Shown here piece after piece: positions 19,648-27,120 of a stretch of 50,602 bases of DNA (its first letter is position 1; each line of letters begins with the position of its first letter). A program made the position numbers and the translations under genes. The DNA comes from a virus (taxonomy: Duplodnaviria > Caudoviricetes). The notes beneath the pieces are model-generated. The model did no database searches and had not been told where the DNA came from. It saw only the letters and a list, made by a program, of their open reading frames with translations. The DNA lies in IMG/VR virus record IMGVR_UViG_3300027747_000206, positions 1 to 50,602 of that record. One strand, given 5' to 3'.

Positions 19648-19890
19648 TCATGTGTTCTTATCCTTGAGTCTAAGTTCTACTATTTCAATCAGTTTAATTG
19701 CATTAGATGTTTTAAATTTTTTCATCATTTCAATTTTGTCTTCTGCATCAAGACCAGTAAACTTTTTCTTAGGATTAAAATATATGTTTAAGTTGTGGCT
19801 TATTAATTTACCATTTTTTAATAAGTTAACTATGTCTGTAATTGTTAAAATCAACTCATCTGGTGTATTTAGATTGTTCTTATAGTTCAT
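19648..19890 (-). CDS. Hypothetical protein, very AT-rich
   Basis: ATGA overlap with the upstream gene; GGAG RBS. Confidence 0.5.
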   Translation of the reverse strand: MNYKNNLNTPDELILTITDIVNLLKNGKLISHNLNIYFNPKKKFTGLDAEDKIEMMKKFKTSNAIKLIEIVELRLKDKNT

Positions 19891-20423
19891 GTGTTTTTCT
19901 CCTTTAGTTTGGCTTCAATGGCGTGATGAAAAGCTACATGATGTGGCACTGCGCCATACACTTGTTCTTGTATTTCATCTCTTTCTTGGGGTGTTAGTCC
20001 TACCCATGTGCGTTGTGGTGGGATGGTGTACAGTTTTGTGCCAATTGGCAATGCAGGTTCATGCCACCAAGAATGTGTTACATTTGCCCCCGATTCAGAT
20101 ATGACTGTTGCCACAGGCTTATCTTTTGTTTCTGTTTGTGCAATAAACTTTTCAGCACACGCAACGCAATATAGGGCATAGCCACCACCAACACCACATT
20201 CAGCACACGATACAGGTTCATCTTTTGTTTCTAGTTGTTCTTTATAGGTAGATTTAGATGCCATGTTTTGCACATCAATAGCAAGACGCAGTGCAGTAAT
20301 GGCTTGATTAATAAAGTGTTCGGGACGGCTTTTTACTTGCTCATGCGAATATGGGTCAAGACAAGTCGCCACACTTCTTTCCAACGCCTTCAATGCAAGG
20401 CGTAATGCTTCGTCTTTAGTCAT
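19887..20423 (-). CDS. Hypothetical modular phage protein
   Basis: Likely start MTKDEALRLALKALE; CxxC..CxxC insert; WVGLT...IEAKLKEKN end. Confidence 0.65.
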   Translation of the reverse strand: MTKDEALRLALKALERSVATCLDPYSHEQVKSRPEHFINQAITALRLAIDVQNMASKSTYKEQLETKDEPVSCAECGVGGGYALYCVACAEKFIAQTETKDKPVATVISESGANVTHSWWHEPALPIGTKLYTIPPQRTWVGLTPQERDEIQEQVYGAVPHHVAFHHAIEAKLKEKNT

Positions 20424-20856
20424 AATACCCATCTTCATCTAGAAAAGTTATTGCTAACTCTTTCTCAGACTCTTTGATAGGCTCAATACCATGCTCAAGC
20501 TCTATTGCTCTCGCAAACTTCCTCCAGTCCATCTCATGCCTGTATAAGGCATGGACTCTCTCCTCGGAAAGTGGCTCTTTCTGTAACCTTGTGATGAGTT
20601 CGTTCTTTTGTCTAAGTTCTATGTCGTAGTAATAAAGAATCTCACGCATAGACTCAATCTCTTCTTTCATAGATTGTTTTGTTGTTTTTGGCTCGTCCAC
20701 AGGCGTGTACTCCTCTTTAGCAATTGCAATTGCATCTTTCAGGGCAGAAATTATTCCATAACGAACAATAAAGTTAGTTCCTTCTTGATCAATGTAAAGG
20801 TCTGCATTACAGCTTCCATCATCATTGTTTGTAAGTCTTTTTAGTTCAATTTTCAT
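20416..20856 (-). CDS. Hypothetical protein
   Basis: GAGG RBS; FARAIE motif; overlapping operon packing. Confidence 0.65.
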   Translation of the reverse strand: MKIELKRLTNNDDGSCNADLYIDQEGTNFIVRYGIISALKDAIAIAKEEYTPVDEPKTTKQSMKEEIESMREILYYYDIELRQKNELITRLQKEPLSEERVHALYRHEMDWRKFARAIELEHGIEPIKESEKELAITFLDEDGYYD

Positions 20857-20868
20857 GATTTACATCCT

Positions 20869-21063
20869 CTATTTGGAATCATTTTTTCTTTCATTATGAT
20901 TCTTTAATAAGTTGTTTATTTGACCCTCGCTGTACCACCCTGATTCAATGAACAGCTTGTCAACATCATACACATCTTTCTCTAATCTATTATTAATGTG
21001 TCTTTTACGCCACCCTAAAAGGTGTCTGTCAAGCATTTCAAATTCTTTGTCTGTTGTTTTCAT
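20869..21063 (-). CDS. Hypothetical protein
   Basis: Start moved to ATG 21063 (MKTTDKEF) with GAGGAG RBS. Confidence 0.55.
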   Translation of the reverse strand: MKTTDKEFEMLDRHLLGWRKRHINNRLEKDVYDVDKLFIESGWYSEGQINNLLKNHNERKNDSK

Positions 21064-21176
21064 TTGTTCATCTCCTCGTACATTAACCAAAAAATTATGG
21101 CTGACATTGTAAAAACGCCCATGACCCCTGCCAGGATGAGCACCCATGAAATAATGTTGTAAAAGCTGTTAATCAT
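21060..21176 (-). CDS. Small membrane protein (38 aa)
   Basis: Hand-translated MINSFYNIISWVLILAGVMGVFTMSAIIFWLMYEEMNK; ATGA overlap with the next gene. Confidence 0.55.
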   Translation of the reverse strand: MINSFYNIISWVLILAGVMGVFTMSAIIFWLMYEEMNK

Positions 21177-21259
21177 TTTTTTTAGTCAAAACTTTTTGCA
21201 AGGCCAACAACAATTGTTTTGCCTCGTCACGAGTAAACATCATCTCGTCAATCTCCTGT

Positions 21260-21460
21260 TTATTCATCATCAAACTCCTCTGGATACTCGTCGGTGTTGG
21301 CTCGGTCTTCGTCGGTCTCGATGGGGGTGTGCAGTGCCTCGTACTCACGCTTAACTTGCCGACGGCGCTCGTCCTCCGCCAACTGCTCTGGTGTGATGGC
21401 CTTGAACTGCTTGAGCAATTCGGCCTCAACTTCGTTAAACAAGTTGTTCATGTCGTTCAT
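21260..21460 (-). CDS. Hypothetical acidic protein
   Basis: ATGA overlap; GAGG RBS; locally more GC-rich. Confidence 0.6.
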   Translation of the reverse strand: MNDMNNLFNEVEAELLKQFKAITPEQLAEDERRRQVKREYEALHTPIETDEDRANTDEYPEEFDDE

Positions 21461-21645
21461 GCTGTCACCTCTTTTGCCAAGATGGCTTGTAGGCCAGCCA
21501 ACAACTGCTCTGCCTCGTCACGAGTAAATTGAGTGCTAAAAGTAGCATTATGAGCTTGAAGACCAAGCCATACGTTTTCACCAAACTCATCAATAGATAC
21601 TCTTACGCCATCTTCGTTGTGGATAATTGTGTTTAAGTCTTTCAT
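21457..21645 (-). CDS. Hypothetical protein
   Basis: AAGGA RBS just downstream of a UUCG hairpin. Confidence 0.6.
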   Translation of the reverse strand: MKDLNTIIHNEDGVRVSIDEFGENVWLGLQAHNATFSTQFTRDEAEQLLAGLQAILAKEVTA

Positions 21646-21660
21646 AATTGTTCCTTTGTA

Positions 21661-21674
21661 GCCCCCGAAGGGGC
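21661..21674 (-). other. GC hairpin with C(UUCG)G tetraloop
   Basis: Minus strand GCCCC-TTCG-GGGGC, intergenic, with no U tract. Confidence 0.65.
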
Positions 21675-21681
21675 AGTTGAT

Positions 21682-21951
21682 TTAACTATATTTTTTGATG
21701 AATGCTTGGAGTTTGCGTACTTCAGCCTTAGCCCACTTTTGCTGAGATTCGCCATTTTCTCCACGCAAGTCTTCTGCATTCCAGTGTGACTCATTTGGAT
21801 CGGTGAATAATCCTAAAACATATTTGGCCTCATGCAATATTTCTGCATCGGTGTAGTCTTCAATTTGCTTTTTGTCATCAGTAGAGATGTTGTCCAATGA
21901 GTAAGCCAACTCACTGATTGCCATTGCTGATTTGATGATTGCTCTTGTCAT
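21682..21951 (-). CDS. Hypothetical early protein
   Basis: AAGGA RBS. Confidence 0.65.
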   Translation of the reverse strand: MTRAIIKSAMAISELAYSLDNISTDDKKQIEDYTDAEILHEAKYVLGLFTDPNESHWNAEDLRGENGESQQKWAKAEVRKLQAFIKKYS

Positions 21952-21961
21952 GGTATTTCCT

Positions 21962-22255
21962 TTAACGTGAAGTTACTTTGACTGAGAACACTGCTGTGAC
22001 CTTGGTGTTGTCAATGATCACCTCGTCAGGAATGTTGTAAATTTCTGCAATTGCTTTCCAGTCTGTGGTCTTGCGATTGGACTCAATGTATGTGGCTTTG
22101 AACAGAGCACCTTCAACTACCTTAGCACCACCCATGGATGCTTTATCTTTGATGCTGTCTTTGATTGCATCTGCTTGTGCTGTGAGTTCTGCAATGCGAG
22201 CGAGTAATTCGCCAAGTGTGTCTACTGGGGAGAGGGTGAGGTCGTTTGCGTTCAT
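21962..22255 (-). CDS. Hypothetical early protein
   Basis: First gene after a strong promoter; AAGGA RBS. Confidence 0.7.
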   Translation of the reverse strand: MNANDLTLSPVDTLGELLARIAELTAQADAIKDSIKDKASMGGAKVVEGALFKATYIESNRKTTDWKAIAEIYNIPDEVIIDNTKVTAVFSVKVTSR

Positions 22256-22298
22256 GTTAATTTCCTTTTCAAATAAAACTGGACATCCAGTGATACGA

Positions 22299-22326
22299 AT
22301 CTTAACAGAAAGTTAATGCTTGTCAA
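22299..22326 (-). promoter_or_regulatory. Strong sigma70 promoter with overlapping 15-bp palindrome
   Basis: TTGACA-16 bp-TAAGAT with extended TG; TTAAC-N5-GTTAA at 22302-22316. Confidence 0.75.
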
Positions 22327-22330
22327 ACAC

Positions 22331-22612
22331 CTATTTTAATTCCCCACCTTGCAGTAGGGTTATTACCCTTTTTACAGTGATGTTTAGGGCATCCATCATC
22401 TCCATCTTCTTGATAGCCCACATCCTTTTTTGCCCATGCCACCCCATAGTTGGCCCTTGGTGGCAGTCCCAACAGAGAGCCACGACTGTGTACTGGCACG
22501 ACTGCTTAACATGGTGTGCAGAGCTAGGGGGAGGGGCATCACAGACTGAACAGGGAAGTTCCTTGACCAGTCCGATGTAAGCCCTCTCCTTGGCTGACAG
22601 GTTGTTGTTCAT
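22331..22612 (-). CDS. Zn-finger HNH-like nuclease (Ref/DUF968-like)
   Basis: LPCSVC...AHH...VALCWDCH. Confidence 0.7.
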   Translation of the reverse strand: MNNNLSAKERAYIGLVKELPCSVCDAPPPSSAHHVKQSCQYTVVALCWDCHQGPTMGWHGQKRMWAIKKMEMMDALNITVKRVITLLQGGELK

Positions 22613-23157
22613 GCTAGTGCCAATAAAAAATCTGAGGGATCATATCTGTAAACATTTATAGGTCTTTTGCTTGTTTGCTTCCAAGTATTTTTGTGGCTAA
22701 TTCCAAACCTAGAAGCAATTTTTATCCATCCCATAGCATTCCAAAACAAATTGGATTCCAAATCATCAGCACAACCTGCACTAAAAGCAAATGTACCTTG
22801 CGTTTTACCATAATCAACAACAACATCTAATAGCTTTCTGCCACGCAAAAATTTTCTAGCGTCTGTTTGTAAACAAATTTGAGCTATTTTTCCTTTTTTA
22901 CTAATAGCATTAGGAATTCCAAAACTTGCCAAACAAAAGCCTACTAAATCACCATTACATTCGATAACAAACATTTTGTCGTTGCAAACATTACTCCATC
23001 TATCACCTGTTTTAATACCTGTAATTGCTGATTCGTAAGCCATTTTTGGAATAAAACCTAAACTGTGACTTTCTTTTTTGGACAAAGAAATAACATAAGG
23101 CAAATCAATAAGTGTTGCTCTACGAACAACTCCCAAATCATCACTTATATTTTCCAT
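22609..23157 (-). CDS. GNAT-family acetyltransferase
   Basis: LVGF...IAQICLQTDARKFLRGRKL (motif A)...LESNLFWNAMGW (motif B). Confidence 0.75.
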   Translation of the reverse strand: MENISDDLGVVRRATLIDLPYVISLSKKESHSLGFIPKMAYESAITGIKTGDRWSNVCNDKMFVIECNGDLVGFCLASFGIPNAISKKGKIAQICLQTDARKFLRGRKLLDVVVDYGKTQGTFAFSAGCADDLESNLFWNAMGWIKIASRFGISHKNTWKQTSKRPINVYRYDPSDFLLALA

Positions 23158-23158
23158 A

Positions 23159-23500
23159 TTACACCGTAGCCTTGTCTACTGCTCGGTTACTGGCCTCTTG
23201 ACTACGCCAGACCTCTACACGAGCTTGTGCGGCAATCAATTGCCACCTCAGCGTTTCTTCTTCCTGATAAGCCTCTTTAATGGCTCCTAGGTGAGCTTTG
23301 TAGCGTGGGTGGCTATATGCGTACCTCTCTTGTGCGTTGACAGCCTCCATGCCCTTTTCTAGAGCCTCTACCATAAGCTCTGCCTTGATTGTCTTCCTAA
23401 GCTCATCAGCATAAACTCTCTCTGACTTAGCAATTCCAAAAACAGCACCATTCTTATAAATAAAATCTATTGAATCGTGTGGATCGATAGTTCTAGACAT
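23159..23500 (-). CDS. Conserved helical phage protein
   Basis: AQERYAYSHP...EVWRS motif; operon packing. Confidence 0.65.
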   Translation of the reverse strand: MSRTIDPHDSIDFIYKNGAVFGIAKSERVYADELRKTIKAELMVEALEKGMEAVNAQERYAYSHPRYKAHLGAIKEAYQEEETLRWQLIAAQARVEVWRSQEASNRAVDKATV

Positions 23501-23885
23501 TTGCTACTCTCCCATCTCTGTAAAAAAGTTGATTACCTCGTCTGCTTGCCCATTTAAAGTGGTCATCTGCATGGGGTCTAACAGCTTCAACTTCTTTGTG
23601 TGTGTACGTTGTCCATACAACTTTTTCTTTTCTCTGAAGTTTTTTCTTAACAAATCTACCCATGTTGTCTAAACGAGAAATGCCAACAGGAGTTATTTTA
23701 TAAACTGTGTCAACCCTTGAGATCATTCGGTCGTTAACCAATGGTTGAATAATGTGTAAATCAAAAATATTTGTTGATTCTTTAAAGTCTATGGACTTCC
23801 TAAGTGTTAAAGAATCCATCGCAAGATTTTCCAATTTGCATAGCGCTTGATGGATTTTGCTTCCAATTGTGTATTTACTTATCAT
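23493..23885 (-). CDS. Hypothetical protein, possible winged helix
   Basis: LVNDRMI...YKITPVG pattern. Confidence 0.55.
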   Translation of the reverse strand: MISKYTIGSKIHQALCKLENLAMDSLTLRKSIDFKESTNIFDLHIIQPLVNDRMISRVDTVYKITPVGISRLDNMGRFVKKKLQRKEKVVWTTYTHKEVEAVRPHADDHFKWASRRGNQLFYRDGRVANV

Positions 23886-24336
23886 TTTTTCTCCTAAAAA
23901 ATTCTGATATTAATAAAGCCTCTGCACGTCCATTGTGTTTTTTGAGGGTTAAAGGTGCGTTAGGAAACAAGTTTCTAGCCATTTCTAAACTTTCATCTTT
24001 GCTAGAACTCAATTTAAGCAATTTTTTCCAAACTTGAGGGGTGACCATCAACACCTCTGTTTTAAAGCGTCTGGCGAGGCTACAGGCACCTCCAAATGCC
24101 ATTCCAAACTTAAAGGTAGAACTCAATCCTTGTTTTGGCATTGAGTGGACTTTTTCTAAGACCACGACAATGTCTTGACCATCACGAGCTTGAGCCATCT
24201 CATCCCAAATCTTTTCGGTATCTAAGACTCCATTCTCATCGTGGTGCATATCTCCACAAGACCAGTACTTTCCATGGAGATCAATCATCCCCCAAGCACC
24301 TGAGAGTCCTGCGTCAATTCCCACAATTAGCTTCAT
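23875..24336 (-). CDS. RuvC-like Holliday junction resolvase
   Basis: IVGIDAGLSGA, VVLEKV, STFKFG, VTPQVWKK, AEALLI. Confidence 0.85.
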   Translation of the reverse strand: MKLIVGIDAGLSGAWGMIDLHGKYWSCGDMHHDENGVLDTEKIWDEMAQARDGQDIVVVLEKVHSMPKQGLSSTFKFGMAFGGACSLARRFKTEVLMVTPQVWKKLLKLSSSKDESLEMARNLFPNAPLTLKKHNGRAEALLISEFFRRKNDK

Positions 24337-24541
24337 CCCTTAACTCCTTGAGCCTTTGAGCTACTGCTTTGCCCAAACCCACCCACATTCCAGTCTCGTC
24401 TTGTTCCAGTTCCTTGACTCTCAGTCTCGCATGGTCGATAGATCCCTGATTCATGGCCATTTTTGCATAATGTTCTGTCACACAGATCACCTGTAAGTTC
24501 GAGGGCTTTGTCAATGAGGAAGGGTGGTGCATTGTGTCCAT
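24314..24541 (-). CDS. Hypothetical protein (true start probably internal)
   Basis: C-terminal part HYAKMA...RVKELEQD...GLGKAVAQRLKE looks protein-like; overlaps 24333-24584. Confidence 0.45.
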   Translation of the reverse strand: MDTMHHPSSLTKPSNLQVICVTEHYAKMAMNQGSIDHARLRVKELEQDETGMWVGLGKAVAQRLKELRDEANCGN

Positions 24542-24584
24542 GACGTATTTGGTCTAAAAGATCTTGGGCTTGATAGTAATTCAA
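24333..24584 (-). CDS. Hypothetical protein
   Basis: GGAG RBS; the ORF track start overlaps the upstream stop and the stop overlaps the ruvC-like start. Confidence 0.5.
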   Translation of the reverse strand: MNYYQAQDLLDQIRHGHNAPPFLIDKALELTGDLCDRTLCKNGHESGIYRPCETESQGTGTRRDWNVGGFGQSSSSKAQGVKG

Positions 24585-24793
24585 AATGGGTCTCCATTCA
24601 GTGGTTCGTAATAATTTGAAATAGACTTTGGCTGAGGTGTAGCAAGTTTTTGAGCATTAAGTCTAGAAGTTATAACACCCCACTCGGAAGGGTCACCCCA
24701 CTGGTGGGCAGAACATAGGGGTTTACCCATTTTGACAGTCCAAAAGTTGGGGCAACCATTGGCAGAACACATCAAATGATTGTCTTCGTACAT
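24581..24793 (-). CDS. Small Cys/His protein
   Basis: CSANGCP...LCSAH. Confidence 0.6.
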   Translation of the reverse strand: MYEDNHLMCSANGCPNFWTVKMGKPLCSAHQWGDPSEWGVITSRLNAQKLATPQPKSISNYYEPLNGDPF

Positions 24794-25185
24794 CAGAATC
24801 TCCCTCTAAACATTTTTTTTAGTTCTTTCATCTTTTCAAGACCTTCAGACTTGGCTTTTTCCTGTTCTTCTTGATTAAAAATCTTGGGCTTGTACTCAAT
24901 CAAGGTTTGTGTTGGTGGCAAAGATGGGCCTAAGTTGCACAAATCCCTAAACTTGATTGCAGAGGGAGGAAACTCAGGATGCAAGTGTTTCAAGGCAAAA
25001 TCCATTGAGGGCTTAAAAGTTAAAAATTTGCCAATCAATTCCATCCAAATCTTTCTGACCATTTGAGGCTCAGAAGTTTCAAAGTGTCTGTCAAAAGAGC
25101 TTCCATATACAGCACTCATGTAAGTGAAAATGTAGTCAAGACCCTCATCCTGAGAGCAAGAATCAAGTTCCGAGTAATGTGACAT
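24793..25185 (-). CDS. Putative helicase loader/inhibitor (lambda P-position gene)
   Basis: Directly downstream of the initiator; FPPSAIKFRDLC motif. Confidence 0.55.
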   Translation of the reverse strand: MSHYSELDSCSQDEGLDYIFTYMSAVYGSSFDRHFETSEPQMVRKIWMELIGKFLTFKPSMDFALKHLHPEFPPSAIKFRDLCNLGPSLPPTQTLIEYKPKIFNQEEQEKAKSEGLEKMKELKKMFRGRF

Positions 25186-25924
25186 TTTTTTCTCCTATAA
25201 GTCCACGAGTTAAACCAGATAGAACTTTTTTACTAGCTTGTGCCCTTTTAGACAATCCAGAGTCTTGCTCCTGAAGGTTCTTTTCGTACCAAGCAGTCTT
25301 GAAAGATGCCCAGTTTGACAGACAACAATATTGAACTCCTTGTTGGTCAGACAAGTTGCATTTTCGGAACTCGTTTTGTATTTGCTCCCAAGAAGTTTCG
25401 GTCATCGGAAGTTTTTTGGATTTCCGTATTTGTAACCAATCAGACCAAACTTGGTTATCCACATTTGGTGGACAAGCAACGCTAGTTGCTTTCTCTCTAT
25501 CTGGTTTATGGTTTATGGTTATTGGTTTATGGTTATTGGTTGGTTGAACGTCCGTTGAACGCTCGTTAAACGTCTGTTGAACATCAGTAGTACGTTTGTT
25601 GGCTCTCTGTTGAGCAGATGCTCGACCTGCCCTAGATGCTTGCTCCTTTTTGCCATGATATTCCTCAATTTCCTTATCAGCACGATGGTTAATATACCCA
25701 TCTTCTGTAGACACAAAAAACTCTTCGAGTATTGAAAGCACTTCTTGCTCGTGTTCACGCAAGCCTATCTGACGAGCAATTTCTCGCTGTTTGATGGGTT
25801 CCTCGTGAAGATAATAATGATCCAAAAGCCTGCGATAAGCAAGATCTTCTATTGGGGTCAAATGGTGCGTGTGTGACTTATAGTCACCTATGTGAAAATT
25901 AAAATAATGCATACCTGCTTTCAT
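25163..25924 (-). CDS. Replication initiator, YdaU/DUF1376 family
   Basis: MHYFNFHIGDYKSHTHHL...AYRRLLDHYY...R.D.EI; contains internal iterons. Confidence 0.85.
   Translation of the reverse strand: MKAGMHYFNFHIGDYKSHTHHLTPIEDLAYRRLLDHYYLHEEPIKQREIARQIGLREHEQEVLSILEEFFVSTEDGYINHRADKEIEEYHGKKEQASRAGRASAQQRANKRTTDVQQTFNERSTDVQPTNNHKPITINHKPDREKATSVACPPNVDNQVWSDWLQIRKSKKLPMTETSWEQIQNEFRKCNLSDQQGVQYCCLSNWASFKTAWYEKNLQEQDSGLSKRAQASKKVLSGLTRGLIGEKNVTLLGT
25503..25586. repeat. Probable replication origin: four 11-bp iterons plus 7-bp repeats
   Basis: gttgaacgtcc/gttgaacgctc/gttaaacgtct/gttgaacatca at 25543-25586, next to ggtttat/ggttatt x5. Confidence 0.7.
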
Positions 25925-25943
25925 CGGTCGCTTTCACTGAAAG

Positions 25944-26000
25944 AAACAATGGAAGGACGGTGAAAGAATCGTCTTTTCGGGAGCTACCCTATCCATGTTT
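25944..26000 (-). ncRNA. Structured leader element upstream of the initiator
   Basis: Stem ATGGA/TCCAT encloses AGGGTAGCTCCCGAAAA and hairpin GACG-ATTCTTTCAC-CGTC. Confidence 0.5.
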
Positions 26001-26008
26001 TCAATATC

Positions 26009-26212
26009 TTACATTAAAAAAATGTCTGGTCTCAAATCTTTTTTAGTGACTAACCCTATGGTTGCCTCTTCAATCTTTTTTGCAAGTTTAGGGCTTGGTT
26101 GCTTACGCCCATGAATAATTAAACTCAACCAAGTTGCAGTGATGCCTAAATACTTTGACATTTCACTGATGGCTCCTTTAGGTTCTTCTTTGAAATATTC
26201 TTTTAAATTCAT
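26009..26212 (-). CDS. Cro/YdaS-like HTH regulator
   Basis: Start MNLKEYF at 26212; HTH, then PSPKLAKKIEEAT.G.VT..DLRPD. Confidence 0.85.
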   Translation of the reverse strand: MNLKEYFKEEPKGAISEMSKYLGITATWLSLIIHGRKQPSPKLAKKIEEATIGLVTKKDLRPDIFLM

Positions 26213-26229
26213 TCTTTTATCCTTGTTAA

Positions 26230-26468
26230 TTGTTGGCGCTCCCATAGAGCAGGGTAGGGGGAACAACACTCTTTAATATCTTCTCCCACGGAGCTAAACC
26301 GCTTCGCCAACACGGATGGGGACTGATCCGTCAAGATAGCATCACAAGTACGATTAACGGTTCGCCCTGATTTGCCCAATCCCCATGCGTGTTGGTTGTT
26401 GGCTCCCATAAAGCAGGGTTAGGTACACCTCTTTCGAGACCTTCGGAGCTAAACCAATTTACCAACAA
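26230..26468 (-). ncRNA. Tandem array of three structured RNA cassettes in the early leader
   Basis: Two copies of GGTTTAGCTCCG-[hairpin]-ACCCTGCTYTATGGGAGC, each closed by TGTTGG/CCAACA, flank a third long stem. Confidence 0.65.
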
Positions 26469-26472
26469 ACAG

Positions 26473-26495
26473 ATCATACCATAACTTATAGTTAA
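26473..26495 (-). promoter_or_regulatory. Leftward early promoter (extended -10) with operator-like palindrome
   Basis: TGgTATGAT; ATAAC-N5-GTTAA at 26481-26495. Confidence 0.6.
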
Positions 26496-26525
26496 AAATA
26501 ACCATGTAATTGAATCAAGTATTAC

Positions 26526-26554
26526 TTAACTTTAAATTAAGATCATGCTAAGAT
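26526..26554 (+). promoter_or_regulatory. Rightward early promoter with operator-like palindrome
   Basis: TTAACT-17 bp-TAAGAT with extended TG; TTAAC-N5-ATTAA at 26526-26540. Confidence 0.6.
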
Positions 26555-26588
26555 GTGTGTACTGCATAAGCAGGTTATTGGAGCACAC

Positions 26589-26807
26589 ATGGAAAAAGTA
26601 CCTTGTTATACAACTAAGTCAGGACTCAAGATTGGGTCTTACTATCAACTAAAACCTTGTCCTCTCAATAGAGATGAAGAGCGTATCCAAGCAATTTTAC
26701 TAGGCATAGAACACGACTGGTCACCAAGAAGGACTGGTTGGTTTAGCTTGTATTGCGTTGCAGTCATGATTTTTGTCACTGTCTTAATGTCATGGGAAAA
26801 AACATGA
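26589..26807 (+). CDS. Small protein with C-terminal TM segment
   Basis: Start MEKVPCYTTKSGLKIG with GGAG RBS. Confidence 0.65.
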   Translation: MEKVPCYTTKSGLKIGSYYQLKPCPLNRDEERIQAILLGIEHDWSPRRTGWFSLYCVAVMIFVTVLMSWEKT

Positions 26808-26902
26808 ACAAACACCAACTTGTAGAAAAAGTAAGCAGGGTTGTCTTTCTTTTGGCAATCATTGTTTTAACATTTGATTTTTTAATTTGGAGACCACATT
26901 GA
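26804..26902 (+). CDS. Small membrane protein (32 aa)
   Basis: Hand-translated MNKHQLVEKVSRVVFLLAIIVLTFDFLIWRPH; ATGA overlap. Confidence 0.55.
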   Translation: MNKHQLVEKVSRVVFLLAIIVLTFDFLIWRPH

Positions 26903-27120
26903 AAGTACTATCAGTTTCATGGAATGCCAATTCAGACATTACCAAAATAAAGTTTACAGAAGAATTTTTAACAGTAGATTGGATTGTAAAAGCAGATGTT
27001 TTAAAAGACTTAGCTTACATCATTGAAAATCAATATCAATCAGTCCTTGACAACAGCGAACCAGTTAAATGGTCAAACAAGAAAACAGAAGAAATTTTAA
27101 GGAGTTGGAAGTATGAGTAA
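26899..27120 (+). CDS. Hypothetical protein
   Basis: TTG start overlapping the upstream stop, after GGAG. Confidence 0.55.
   Translation: MKVLSVSWNANSDITKIKFTEEFLTVDWIVKADVLKDLAYIIENQYQSVLDNSEPVKWSNKKTEEILRSWKYE

Noticed and set aside
26209-26409. 66-aa minus ORF and the N-terminal extension of cro across the leader
   Set aside because: No RBS, and the repeats are better explained by RNA structure.
26230-26468. CRISPR array, tRNA, or known ribozyme (hammerhead, twister, pistol)
   Set aside because: Only two split repeats and no cas genes; no cloverleaf or T-loop; no CUGANGA/GAAA or twister core found by eye.
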